A stretch of DNA of 64,000 bases from Paramoeba atlantica (lineage: Eukaryota; Protista; Discosea). Shown in pieces: positions 1 through 10,122 of the stretch. Position numbers and translations under genes: made by a program. Where the stretch lies: the NCBI GenBank assembly GCA_977017575.1, contig CDRNVI010000016.1, positions 186,001 through 250,000 of the forward strand, written 5' to 3'. The notes below the pieces were generated by a model. The model was not told where the DNA came from. It made no database searches and saw nothing but the letters and a program-made list of their open reading frames with translations. Each line of letters starts with the position of its first letter. Within the stretch, counting starts at the first letter, position 1.

Positions 1-314
1 TGGTGGGTTGCGGGTGCTGAGATTTCAGCAAAGTTTCACAAGGCGTCACATCTTCATTGTGTTGCCCATGGCACTTCTCTAACACCGCCTTTGGCATGCC
101 CAAGCCTGGACAAAGTTACGGTTTTAGTTTTTTTCTATTTCAATTTTTATAAAGTTACGGCTTTAGTTTCTAATCCATCTCGTAGCCTTAAAACGCTAAA
201 CAATTTGGGTCAAATATTCGAACTGTCTATTAGTGTCGAAGCTTTATATTTCCGAGCATTAGACAAATATATTCGCTTTATTCTTTGACACCGAGAGCCT
301 GGAACTCTCTTGCA

Positions 315-692
315 ATGTTGTTCTATTTTATGTGCATGTTCGCTGTCTGGAACATTTCGCAAGACATAATCCATAGCAACATGTCGGCAAAAAACATTTC
401 CGCTGCGACATGTACGTTGCGCAATGAGCCTAGACTTTGGCAACACGACAAAGGTGAATTTCGTCGATCGCGCGGTAAAAGTAACTCATGGGAGGAGATA
501 AACGAAGAAGGACAGATAACTTCACGATTCACGCAACAACAGTTATCGGGTCGTCAGGTCATTCTTCGAAATAATGAAAGAGACATTACTCTTGTATTGA
601 CAGAGGAAATGGCAGGAATCCGTGGAAAAGGGCAAGAACAATTCCAACAGCTTTATGCTGGTTCTTGGGTGAAGATTGCAGATTGCACTTAG
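315..692 (+). CDS. Small hypothetical protein with hydrophobic N-terminus
   Basis: ORF 285..692 starts at TTG; first ATG at 315 gives MLFYFMCMFAVW..., followed by an aromatic/beta-rich domain. On the coding strand; no family recognised. Confidence 0.35.
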   Translation: MLFYFMCMFAVWNISQDIIHSNMSAKNISAATCTLRNEPRLWQHDKGEFRRSRGKSNSWEEINEEGQITSRFTQQQLSGRQVILRNNERDITLVLTEEMAGIRGKGQEQFQQLYAGSWVKIADCT

Positions 693-1005
693 TACGAATG
701 CGAATCGAGTGACATCACAAATTCAGGCATTCTGACAGTTCGTAACACTGGCAGCCTGCAGTACCCGATTTATTGACGCAGAAAATTGTTTATACTGAAA
801 GATGATCTGGAACGTACATCATATACACGTAACACATGCATCATGTACATGAGTAAAGTATGCTAATAAGAAATAACGCATAATCAAGTTTTAGCGATAC
901 TCGTTGTAGACTTTCAAGAATTATTAGTATTCCTAAAACCAAATTACACACATGTGTAGATTCGTGATCTATTGTATACCTAGTGTATTATTCAAGTAAT
1001 TTCAA

Positions 1006-2661
1006 ATGTGTTCTGCTCACAACGTGCAAAACCTTGATTTTTTTCATGAGATTGACGAACCGAATGAGGCATTCGGTGCGAAAGAAGTGAACGCTACTAG
1101 TAATACCATAAGTACTCCAGCAGTTCAATCTGAAAATGCATCCGCATTACCAGAACACAGAAGTGCTGATGAGATCAGAAAGTCGATGCACATTCGAATT
1201 CATCTACTTTCAAAGATCGACACATCAAAAGAGAGGAAGCGAAAACACCTACCAAGGCAAAACAAGCAAACATTAAAAAATGTGCCACTGTGCTCCAATT
1301 TTAAGACTCTGAAGCATTCTTTTTCTAAAGGTGTCTTACATACTTTGGAAGAGAAGCAGTTTTCGTCATGCACTCCTGTCCAATCCCAGTGTTTGCCACT
1401 TCTTCTGCAGCCTTACCTTACTTTAAACAACGGAAAAGGAGAAAAGGTGCAGAGTGCTGACGCCGCACAGGCACATACTGGTAATATTTCGACGTCACTG
1501 CCCAAAACTTACGCATCACCTCCTTGTGTCCTGGTGTGTGCCCCTACGGGTTCAGGAAAGACAATTGCCTACCTGTTGCCCCTCATAACCGATCTGGAGC
1601 GCAGGTGGCCATACGGGAAAAGACGAATAAAACGAAAAGGTAGTTCTGAATCTGTCCCACAAACTACCGAAAGAAAGGACCATTCGCGAAGAGAAATTGG
1701 CCTTCGCTCCTTTGTTTTGGTACCCACACGCGAGCTTGCGATTCAAGTCGAGACAGAACTCTTATCTTTCTCAAATCGCTCTTCACTTCGCATTATGCAG
1801 TGCGAAATGAACAAAACTCAAATAACACAGAGTGATGTAATCGTTTCCACACCCCACCGCATGCAATCCTTTCTAGATGAATGCGGTGGCACCGTACTTA
1901 GCGCTGTCCAGTTTTGCGTTGTGGATGAAGCGGACCGAGTGCTAGATAAGACCTCACCTAATCTATTAGAGCAATGCAGTGCTCTCCTTGAGACCCTTCC
2001 CACAGACCACTTGTCGCTCTCTATGTTCAGCGCAACACTTCCTCAGCACTTTGACGCAACCGTTCGGCGAATTATGCCACGAGACTTTTACCGTGTTGTT
2101 GTGGGGGCCCGTGTGGCTCCGACGGAGTTAGTCGACCAAAAGCTTATCTACGTCACCAATGAACAAGGCAAGGTAGATGCGATTCGACGTCTCTTGCTAA
2201 ACGGGTTTTCTCCTCCTATGCTCGTTTTTACTCGATCCATTGAACGATGCGAGAAAGTGTTCCGTGAAATTGGCTCAGAACGTTATCGAGTTGCTGTTCT
2301 TCATTCCTCTCTCCAAGGCGACGCTCGTTCACGCATAATGGAGCAAATACGTCTGGGTACCGTATGGATACTCATTACTACAGATCTGCTTGCGCGTGGA
2401 ATAGACATAAAGAACGTTGGGACCATCTTAAATTTTGATTTTCCTCCCTCACCGGAATGTTACGTTCATCGAGTCGGTCGAGCAGGACGAGCAGGGTGCC
2501 AGGGAAGTGCCATAACTCTTTTTACGGACGCAGACAAACCGATGGTCAGGGATATAGCGATGTTAATTCAAAATTCTGGGAGCAGCGTTGAGCCGTACTT
2601 GCTTGAAATGAAAAGGGCCGGCCGAGCAAGACGCAAGCTCTATCGACAATCTGGGTTCTAA
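1006..2661 (+). CDS. DDX52: DEAD-box RNA helicase, ROK1/DDX52-like
   Basis: Q motif (FSSCTPVQ), APTGSGKT, PTRELA, DEAD, SAT, ARGID, HRVGRAGRAG. The segment GKVDAIRRLLLNGFSPPMLVF matches the ROK1/DDX52 subfamily. Confidence 0.8.
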   Translation: MCSAHNVQNLDFFHEIDEPNEAFGAKEVNATSNTISTPAVQSENASALPEHRSADEIRKSMHIRIHLLSKIDTSKERKRKHLPRQNKQTLKNVPLCSNFKTLKHSFSKGVLHTLEEKQFSSCTPVQSQCLPLLLQPYLTLNNGKGEKVQSADAAQAHTGNISTSLPKTYASPPCVLVCAPTGSGKTIAYLLPLITDLERRWPYGKRRIKRKGSSESVPQTTERKDHSRREIGLRSFVLVPTRELAIQVETELLSFSNRSSLRIMQCEMNKTQITQSDVIVSTPHRMQSFLDECGGTVLSAVQFCVVDEADRVLDKTSPNLLEQCSALLETLPTDHLSLSMFSATLPQHFDATVRRIMPRDFYRVVVGARVAPTELVDQKLIYVTNEQGKVDAIRRLLLNGFSPPMLVFTRSIERCEKVFREIGSERYRVAVLHSSLQGDARSRIMEQIRLGTVWILITTDLLARGIDIKNVGTILNFDFPPSPECYVHRVGRAGRAGCQGSAITLFTDADKPMVRDIAMLIQNSGSSVEPYLLEMKRAGRARRKLYRQSGF

Positions 2662-2859
2662 ATGAGTTCTGACTCATTTGTGCGGCGCTTAGTGCAATTG
2701 TGAAACTAAACTCTTGGAAACTAAATTCTTGGAAGCTAAATTCTATTTTAACTCTTTAATTTTTTTTCTTTGGAGTCATGACTTTTGGGACGTATACTTC
2801 CCATGTGATCGTCAACGACAGAACATGATGAGTTTTTTTGTTTGCACATTTAAAGATTC

Positions 2860-3993
2860 ATGCTTCGATTCGCGGCATGGGCTTTCCAAAAATGGAAGCC
2901 CCGGATGAACAAAGTGAAATCCACAAAGCGTAAAAAATCTGAAACGAGCGGTTCTGGATCCACACGACCGAAGAAAACGTGGGATGACACAAAGCTCATA
3001 CCGAAAGCATCCACTCCTCTTGCCTTGGCCAAGGTTTACCAAAGAGTTGTGGATCGACGAATCCTTGGTAAAAATGTTTTCAACGAAATCAGTATCCATC
3101 CAGAGATACCGGACAGTGTTCCTGTAGAGACCAGAGAGAATTTTCCACATTATTTGCGCTCCTCACGCACACGTCCCACACACTTTGTGTCACTTTCCAT
3201 AAAGAAACCCTCCGTTCTGAGCGGGATTGCTAGCGTGCAGAACGAAATTGTGAATACCCATAAATTTCTGCGTCACGCAATGATACCAGCGCCTCGACTG
3301 CATGTCTCATTAGCACTGCTAAGACTTGATACTCTAGAGCAGAAATCGGAGGCAGTGGTTACTGTGATGCGCGTTCTTGAGGAGCTCGGAGCATCGATGC
3401 AACCCATTACTCTACGATTTAGAGGTCTCGGTGTTTTCCGTAGGGGAGAGGTTCTGTTTGTTCGATTAACACCCGAACTCCATTTCAAACATTTACACAA
3501 CTTCCAGACTGCCCTACGACGACGTCTTGGTGGCCTTTCGTTAACTGGGTCAAACGGTTACGCCGAAGTATTGCCTAGTACAGTCCAACTAGTCGGAAAT
3601 CCGTATGATAACTGGACACCCCATCTTACCATTGCAAAAATGAAGCAGATTCGAATTGCAAGAATGCAAAAAGATACAGAGAAAACAGTAACACCAGATA
3701 TCGATACTTTGGTAGAGGAACACTCCGCTACCGACAAAGTTAATTCAATTCGGGAATACAATTATCATACGATTCCTTACCCGTCTTACAGCAAATTTGT
3801 GGCGAATTCTTTCGGAGAGGAAACTTTTCGAGAGGTAGAGCTGTGTGACATGCGTGGGTCGAGGAGTAATGATGGGGGGTATCTTGTCTCAGGCAAGGCA
3901 CCGCTTTCCTTTCCTCTGTCAAAGGCTGGTGTTTCGTCAAAACCACTACATGAAAGACTGCCTCAAGACCTGATTGATCGGTCCGAGGTATGA
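2860..3993 (+). CDS. 2H phosphoesterase family protein (AKAP7/ASCC1-like)
   Basis: RPTHFVS entry motif plus two HxS/T catalytic motifs (RLHVSL, TPHLTIAK); LRFRGLGVF segment typical of AKAP7_NLS. Confidence 0.7.
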   Translation: MLRFAAWAFQKWKPRMNKVKSTKRKKSETSGSGSTRPKKTWDDTKLIPKASTPLALAKVYQRVVDRRILGKNVFNEISIHPEIPDSVPVETRENFPHYLRSSRTRPTHFVSLSIKKPSVLSGIASVQNEIVNTHKFLRHAMIPAPRLHVSLALLRLDTLEQKSEAVVTVMRVLEELGASMQPITLRFRGLGVFRRGEVLFVRLTPELHFKHLHNFQTALRRRLGGLSLTGSNGYAEVLPSTVQLVGNPYDNWTPHLTIAKMKQIRIARMQKDTEKTVTPDIDTLVEEHSATDKVNSIREYNYHTIPYPSYSKFVANSFGEETFREVELCDMRGSRSNDGGYLVSGKAPLSFPLSKAGVSSKPLHERLPQDLIDRSEV

Positions 3994-4406
3994 ACACAGT
4001 CAGCTCGGGCCACCTAGCACACGTGCCCTTATACATGTCTTATTGACATTTGTGAAAGCAAAAGCCATTGAACGGCTTCTGGATTATTCTACACATGTAG
4101 TAACGTATTTTACTAGCCTTTATTTTAAAGAGGGACGCGCTATGTGCTTACAGAAGGTCTACACCCGTGTAAATAGTACATGTTTCCAATTTCGTACAAT
4201 TCACATTAGTATTTTTATTCACATTTTATTTTTTTCGTGCCTTTTTCTGACCAATAATTTATTGGAATTAAAGATCAGTGCGCTACGTTTTCCAATATTT
4301 AGCAGTTCTTGCTACGCGATTCGTACGTACATGTATTTTCTGTAGGTAACATGGACCAATGATACATTTAGGCCCAAAGGTGCTGCTGGATACACTTTCA
4401 GACTAA

Positions 4407-6254
4407 ATGTTGTTGCTGTTCCAAGCGTTTGCTTTGCTACACGTTCTCAACACAGATAGATCGAATGGGTCAAAGCCATTTCTGTCAACATCAGAGAACC
4501 TTTCGTTCCATTCGACAACAGAACATTTCGCCCCTCCACTACCTATGGATGTTATTGTACCCGAAAGCAGTGAACCGGACGCTTTTTCCTCAATACCTTT
4601 CGACGATTGGGACGATATTACCCAGCATCACAAGGACGGCGAAAAGAATGTATTTCGTAAACAATCCGGCCATACCCTTTCAGAGACGGTGAAAACTGAA
4701 CACGCCCCAGAAAGCAATGCAAAAAAAGATGATTTCCAAACTGTTCCGCACCGACATCTACATGTATTACCTTCACGACCAGAAATAAACCAAGAGACGA
4801 GCATCTCTCCTGATGCCTCTCACGGTGTGAGCAGTTTCATTGGTCGTGTTCGTGAGTTCTGGAGCCGTCGCTCAATGACAGAGGAAGATTTTCAGTTACG
4901 TCCATCATATCTTCCTAGAGCTCAAGTTGGAGACAAATGCTTCGTTACAGGTCCCAATTTTCGAGATGGTCGAGTATTGTTTTCGACGGATTGGACTAGG
5001 GGAGCTCATATGGATTTTCTTATTTTCCCTTTTACCAGGAACAAAATATATCTTGTGCCTCCAGAGGAGATCATGTCAGATTTAGAACACCGACCATCGC
5101 CCGAAGAAGGTATCAAAGAGGAGAGATATTACGCAATTGACGTAACGAGAGCAAAGCGTAATGAAATGGCTCATCGATTGCACCTATTTCGGACCGAAGC
5201 AGACTCGGAGCCCATTCTTTTTGGAGGGCACTTCCTTCTGATTACTCCAAAACAAATGTCTGGGGCGACTCAATATAGACCCGACGGCGAGCGTACTATT
5301 ATATTCAATCGAATTTTGTCTACCAAAGAAAATTCTGGAAGGCACCGTGGAAAAGTAATTTGGACGCGGCCTGAATTAACTCGAGCTCTGCGTGTATTAT
5401 CTAGCGGAAATGCAAATGAGACGACCAGAGTACTCCAGTACTCCACATTATGCCATCGTCCAGCGTTACAGCGAAGAAAGAAATGTAACGAATCTCGAGA
5501 GTCAGAGGACGTGTTACAATCTCGCAAAAGCAAGGAGGACGATGAGATTCTTCAGCGATGGGTCGCTTCCCCGCATGAAAACAGCAAATTTCGTTGCTTT
5601 TTGGAGCGCGTGCGAAAAGTCATCTCAGGATGGTTCAGATGCAGCCAAGATAGTGAGAAATATTCAGAAAGAGATAGACTTTTGAGCGACACACGAGGAC
5701 TTAATGATAGGCCTTCCAGGCTAAACCCGTTTATAGACTACACCTGGAACGCGGAAGAAGGGCCCATACATTTTCCCCCGGCGGCCGGTCCCTCGAAACC
5801 TCTTTATCCAGAGTACAAGCGAGAGATACAGCTTTGTTTTTCGGCGCAACAATCTTGCTTGTATAGCTCGGATGATGATCTCTATGTGAAAAGGCTGCAG
5901 CAGAGCTCCACTCACCACCCTGGCTTATTTGGGCGATTTCGGAGAAGGTGGACCCACACAATATCACCCGACGCTACCCAAAACGCGTACAATAAATGTC
6001 TTAAGCCTCCCGCATTTCTTCTCGGAGAGGGAAAGCTACACGTTGATTCAGAATGGCGATACGATTGGAAGGGCAACTGTAACAAATCAGAAATTGAAGA
6101 GAGAAGGAGACATACAGGTATGAAAAGTGATATCCGCGCCCCTATTGAAGGAATGTGTCAACCAAGCATTGGGGAGGCTCCAATGTATTACTTACTGCGC
6201 AGCGGACAACACGAGCGGTTGTATCCTGTCTATTGTCCCTGCAAGGTGCAGTAA
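4407..6254 (+). CDS. Hypothetical protein with possible signal peptide
   Basis: 615-aa ORF on the coding strand; hydrophobic N-terminus MLLLFQAFALLHVL; no family recognised. Confidence 0.6.
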   Translation: MLLLFQAFALLHVLNTDRSNGSKPFLSTSENLSFHSTTEHFAPPLPMDVIVPESSEPDAFSSIPFDDWDDITQHHKDGEKNVFRKQSGHTLSETVKTEHAPESNAKKDDFQTVPHRHLHVLPSRPEINQETSISPDASHGVSSFIGRVREFWSRRSMTEEDFQLRPSYLPRAQVGDKCFVTGPNFRDGRVLFSTDWTRGAHMDFLIFPFTRNKIYLVPPEEIMSDLEHRPSPEEGIKEERYYAIDVTRAKRNEMAHRLHLFRTEADSEPILFGGHFLLITPKQMSGATQYRPDGERTIIFNRILSTKENSGRHRGKVIWTRPELTRALRVLSSGNANETTRVLQYSTLCHRPALQRRKKCNESRESEDVLQSRKSKEDDEILQRWVASPHENSKFRCFLERVRKVISGWFRCSQDSEKYSERDRLLSDTRGLNDRPSRLNPFIDYTWNAEEGPIHFPPAAGPSKPLYPEYKREIQLCFSAQQSCLYSSDDDLYVKRLQQSSTHHPGLFGRFRRRWTHTISPDATQNAYNKCLKPPAFLLGEGKLHVDSEWRYDWKGNCNKSEIEERRRHTGMKSDIRAPIEGMCQPSIGEAPMYYLLRSGQHERLYPVYCPCKVQ

Positions 6255-6460
6255 TTTTATTGCGCCGCGGTGATAAATCAACTTATGTCATAATACTTTA
6301 CTACCGTGAATACATACAACGACGAAATACAGTATCTGTACATAGAAGTGCGACACACTGTAATCGCAGTAGGCTAATGTAATTCAGTAAATCCAGTTTT
6401 TACATACATGTATTTCTAGAATACAATTTAACTTTAAGCCCATCTCGTAATACGTTTTGC

Positions 6461-8860
6461 ATGCGGATCCATTTCTGGTACGTTCTCGCTCTGCTTGTAA
6501 CGATTCTAACTCTTGCCACTGCATCCAGTGTTACGGCTGTCGATGACTCGGAAGACGGTTTCGCCGACCTTTTCGGAACGGGTGGAAACAAAAAGAAAAA
6601 GAAGAGATATGCTTTTGAAGATGTTCCTGATACCCCACCGATTCTTCACGAAGAGAAGAAAATGGAAAATCTTGGGGAGGAAGCTCCGCAAGTGAAAGTG
6701 GAAGAGGAACCCCAAGATGATAAACCAGCAGAAAAGAGCAAGCCTAATTCACCAAAGCCTTTGAAGAAATCAGAACCCCAGAAAAAAGAAGTTGAACCAA
6801 AACTGAATTCCGTGAAAACACGGAAACAATCGCCACCGAAGAAGAAAGAATGTCCAGTCTCGAAACCCGTAAGAGGAACTGTAGGCCCGAGAGCTTCTGT
6901 TCCAGCCCCTCAAGCGGAAGACTATGAAACCCAGATTGCCATGGTGATGTCCTTCGTGGAGGACTACCCTAGTGTTGAAGATGCCGTCGATGCTGTGGCA
7001 AAGAGCAACTTTCCTGACGACTATGCCAAACAAAAGGCGTTCGCAGACAAGTTCTATGCCTTGTCAGGAGCCAAACCCGATCCTGCTTCTGTGCCTGTCG
7101 TTGACCTCCCACCGTCCCCTATGCCCGAAGCTGAATTCATCCCTCTCCCCCCGGACGCGCCAGATACTTCTGTTAAAATTCCAGAAGAGATTACCGACCC
7201 GGAAGATCAGTGGAACATAAATGAGTGGAACAGCAAGGTGGACAGGGAGAGCTTGTACAACTCTGCCGCCCAGATTCTCCACAAGGAGGAGTCGGAACTC
7301 TGGAACATTGTCAGCCGTATTCGCTCCGCTGGACCTCTTCAAATTGGCCAAGTTTACGAGAATGAATGGCCAGGAGATGAACGTATGCAGCGCCTGGCAC
7401 GGGCGTGGTACAACATCGTCATGGCAAAGTTCCCTCATCACCAGGATTTACAAATCGGCGATTTCGGAGGACGCCGCCCCGCAGCTCGGGCGCCCGTCCG
7501 CGCTCGCTTCCAAAACCAACCTCCCGCACATGTACCTCCCCAACACCACGCCCCCCCCACCAACACGGAAAAAGAATTTGAAGACGCGATTGCACAAATT
7601 CACCTCATCAAAGAAACCGCCACCTCCGTCGATGAGGCCATTGACACCGTCGCCATGGCCTTCTTCCCCGAGGACTTTGCGAAACAGCAACGCCTCTCCC
7701 AGCTCTACTACACCTACGGCACCGCGACCCCTCCCCGGCATGCCGCTCCCCCCCCGCGCCCCCTGCAGCCCCTTGGCGGGTTCGCTGCCCCGTTCCCCGG
7801 CGTGATGTTGGGGGGGATGGGCGTCGCCCATGGGGCTATGGGTGCGGGAGGCCCCAACCCGCTCGCGGGGCTGTTGGGGCTCCACCCCGCGGTGCTTCCC
7901 ATGGGAGGGGTGGCCTCTCCTATGCCAGGGCCTCCGGGGTCTTCTTCTGCGTCTTCGTCAGATATTGAATCGAACTACGCGGAGAACTCGTTACTGGTGG
8001 AAGGGTCGAAACAGCTCGGTGTGCCGGTGGGGGTGCTGGAGGCTGCGGTGCTGCAAACGGAGGGGGAGGGTAGCGACTCTGAGGGTTTCTATGCGTTGTT
8101 GCGAGAGGGGTTTGGGGCCTCCAATGCGTTAGCGGTGGCGCCCGGGGAGGTGAGTGCGTGGTATGTGGTGAACGGGGCGAACGTGTACAGGGAGGCCGCG
8201 CGGTGGAGTTTTATTCGGGAGGCCGCGGATCATATTCGAGACACCCCGCGGAATGTGGATCGTGTGCTGCAGTGGATTGATGACTCGTGTAATGTGTTGG
8301 AGCCGGAGTCGCGGTTGCGGGAGATGGATAGTTTGCAAATTTTTGGCGGTGATACGGACAAGCAGAAGGCGTTGAATGAGTGGATCACGCTGCGGCAGAG
8401 CGAGCTGTTCCGTTCACGTATGTTCAAATCGGTGAGTACAGATTCGGATCTCCCGCTTGCGGATTCGCAGACACAACCCCCAAAACTTGAAAGTGAGGAA
8501 TGTCCGGAAGTCCAGCCAGGCGCAGTTTCTCCCACACCAGAAGTGTCAGAAGAGCAACCACCGAATGACTCAGATTTGGAGAAAATGGAAGACGTACCAA
8601 GTCAGGAAGAGGTGATTCCATCACGCACGTTAAGTGACTTCCTATCGGAGTGTTTTGGGAATCGTATACCTCCACGACTTGGAAATATGCATGCCATGCG
8701 AGTCGCAGGGCTCGTCGCTCGACATTACAAAGTTTCAGAGAAAGCTATACATCGTGCTGTTACTGCAGCTACAGATGAATTAATGAATGATTTTGAGAAG
8801 AGCAACCACGGAGAAGTGGTAACCATTGTACGCGAACTCAGAAACAGTATGAAAAAATGA
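6461..8860 (+). CDS. Hypothetical secreted/surface protein with Lys/Pro-rich segments and three internal helical repeats
   Basis: 799-aa ORF; clear signal peptide (MRIHFWYVLALLVTILTLATASS); repeats of the type [FW]P.D..[KM]Q...[FWY]Y. Confidence 0.65.
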   Translation: MRIHFWYVLALLVTILTLATASSVTAVDDSEDGFADLFGTGGNKKKKKRYAFEDVPDTPPILHEEKKMENLGEEAPQVKVEEEPQDDKPAEKSKPNSPKPLKKSEPQKKEVEPKLNSVKTRKQSPPKKKECPVSKPVRGTVGPRASVPAPQAEDYETQIAMVMSFVEDYPSVEDAVDAVAKSNFPDDYAKQKAFADKFYALSGAKPDPASVPVVDLPPSPMPEAEFIPLPPDAPDTSVKIPEEITDPEDQWNINEWNSKVDRESLYNSAAQILHKEESELWNIVSRIRSAGPLQIGQVYENEWPGDERMQRLARAWYNIVMAKFPHHQDLQIGDFGGRRPAARAPVRARFQNQPPAHVPPQHHAPPTNTEKEFEDAIAQIHLIKETATSVDEAIDTVAMAFFPEDFAKQQRLSQLYYTYGTATPPRHAAPPPRPLQPLGGFAAPFPGVMLGGMGVAHGAMGAGGPNPLAGLLGLHPAVLPMGGVASPMPGPPGSSSASSSDIESNYAENSLLVEGSKQLGVPVGVLEAAVLQTEGEGSDSEGFYALLREGFGASNALAVAPGEVSAWYVVNGANVYREAARWSFIREAADHIRDTPRNVDRVLQWIDDSCNVLEPESRLREMDSLQIFGGDTDKQKALNEWITLRQSELFRSRMFKSVSTDSDLPLADSQTQPPKLESEECPEVQPGAVSPTPEVSEEQPPNDSDLEKMEDVPSQEEVIPSRTLSDFLSECFGNRIPPRLGNMHAMRVAGLVARHYKVSEKAIHRAVTAATDELMNDFEKSNHGEVVTIVRELRNSMKK

Positions 8861-9262
8861 AATTATGTGACATGATATTTGCTTTTGGAAAGAATATTGA
8901 GAAATAAGAATGTGAGCTATTATACAAATGTGCTTTTGCTACAAGAACTGGAGAGGCTGCAGTCGTCTTCTTGGCATTTCGTTATCAAAATGTTTTATAC
9001 TCCTTTTTGTGTGATAAGCCAAGTAGAAAACTTTAGTTTGCTCTGTTAAACCGGAACATAGTTTCCTAAAAAGATTAAAAGAAGTGCTATTCAACACCAC
9101 GACCTATCTCATTCGTCTATGTGCGACTATTTAATGTCTATCCTCATACGCGATTTGATAAATGTAGTTTCATCAGTAAGCATGATGTATCACTTTAATA
9201 GCAAATGTTATGACTACGAGAAAATGCACTTTTTCTGTTTTCTCTGAGAAAGTACTGGAAGC

Positions 9263-9490
9263 ATGTCATTCTATCAAAAATTGAAAATTCCTGATCGCTT
9301 CTCTCTTCTTCAAAAATTTGAGCTTCGTCGCTGCTTGGAAAATGTGTCACCACGTACCACTGCGTTCCTTTCTCAGGACTTCTTTCGTAACGTTCATTGG
9401 ACAGTCATTTTTGTATCAAGTACAGCGGTGTCATTTGCAACACTGCTGACGTTCCGACAGTATTTAGAATATATTCGCAAGAGAAAATGA
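9263..9490 (+). CDS. Possible small single-pass membrane protein
   Basis: 75-aa ATG ORF after a pyrimidine tract; one hydrophobic stretch (WTVIFVSSTAVSFATLLTF) and a basic C-terminus. Confidence 0.3.
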   Translation: MSFYQKLKIPDRFSLLQKFELRRCLENVSPRTTAFLSQDFFRNVHWTVIFVSSTAVSFATLLTFRQYLEYIRKRK

Positions 9491-10122
9491 ATGGAAATAA
9501 GCGGAAATAACTTTTTTGTGCCAAGCGTCCGATGATACAACACAGTAGTCCGCACGGCATCCCATAGACAGCGCTCTTTCGCATGTACTCGAACTGAGGA
9601 GGGACTATACAATTAATCCTAATGTAATTAGGACACAGGGAGTACTCACTATTCGTATCAAGTTCCATCAAATTGACGCTTAAGGGAAAATCGTGGTCTA
9701 CACGATCGTTTCCTAACGTGGTATCCTAACTGTCCTCTTCCTGGTTCCGAAATGCTCTCCGAAATTATTGTACCTGCGTTGGTTTTACTGTTTCTACTAG
9801 AAGGAACTTTCTAGTTCCTCCAATATCTCGTATGCCTGCTTGTTATATCGTCTCTTTCCTGCGATGATCGAATGCTTCTGAATGATAGCTATGTCATAGC
9901 AAAGAAGGAGAATGATTTGTAAACAGTTCGACTATCAAACTGTTGGTAATGCAATGTATCAAGGATAGTGTAAAAGATCCGTTGTATACTTCCATTAAAC
10001 ATGCTTAAATTCTTAGATCTTCTAATGTCGAACACGTATTTTATGGCGAGTTGAACATTTTACACTTCGTAATCTCTTATACATCGCGGAAATTATCTGC
10101 ATAAGCAAAAGCCGTCAACAAA

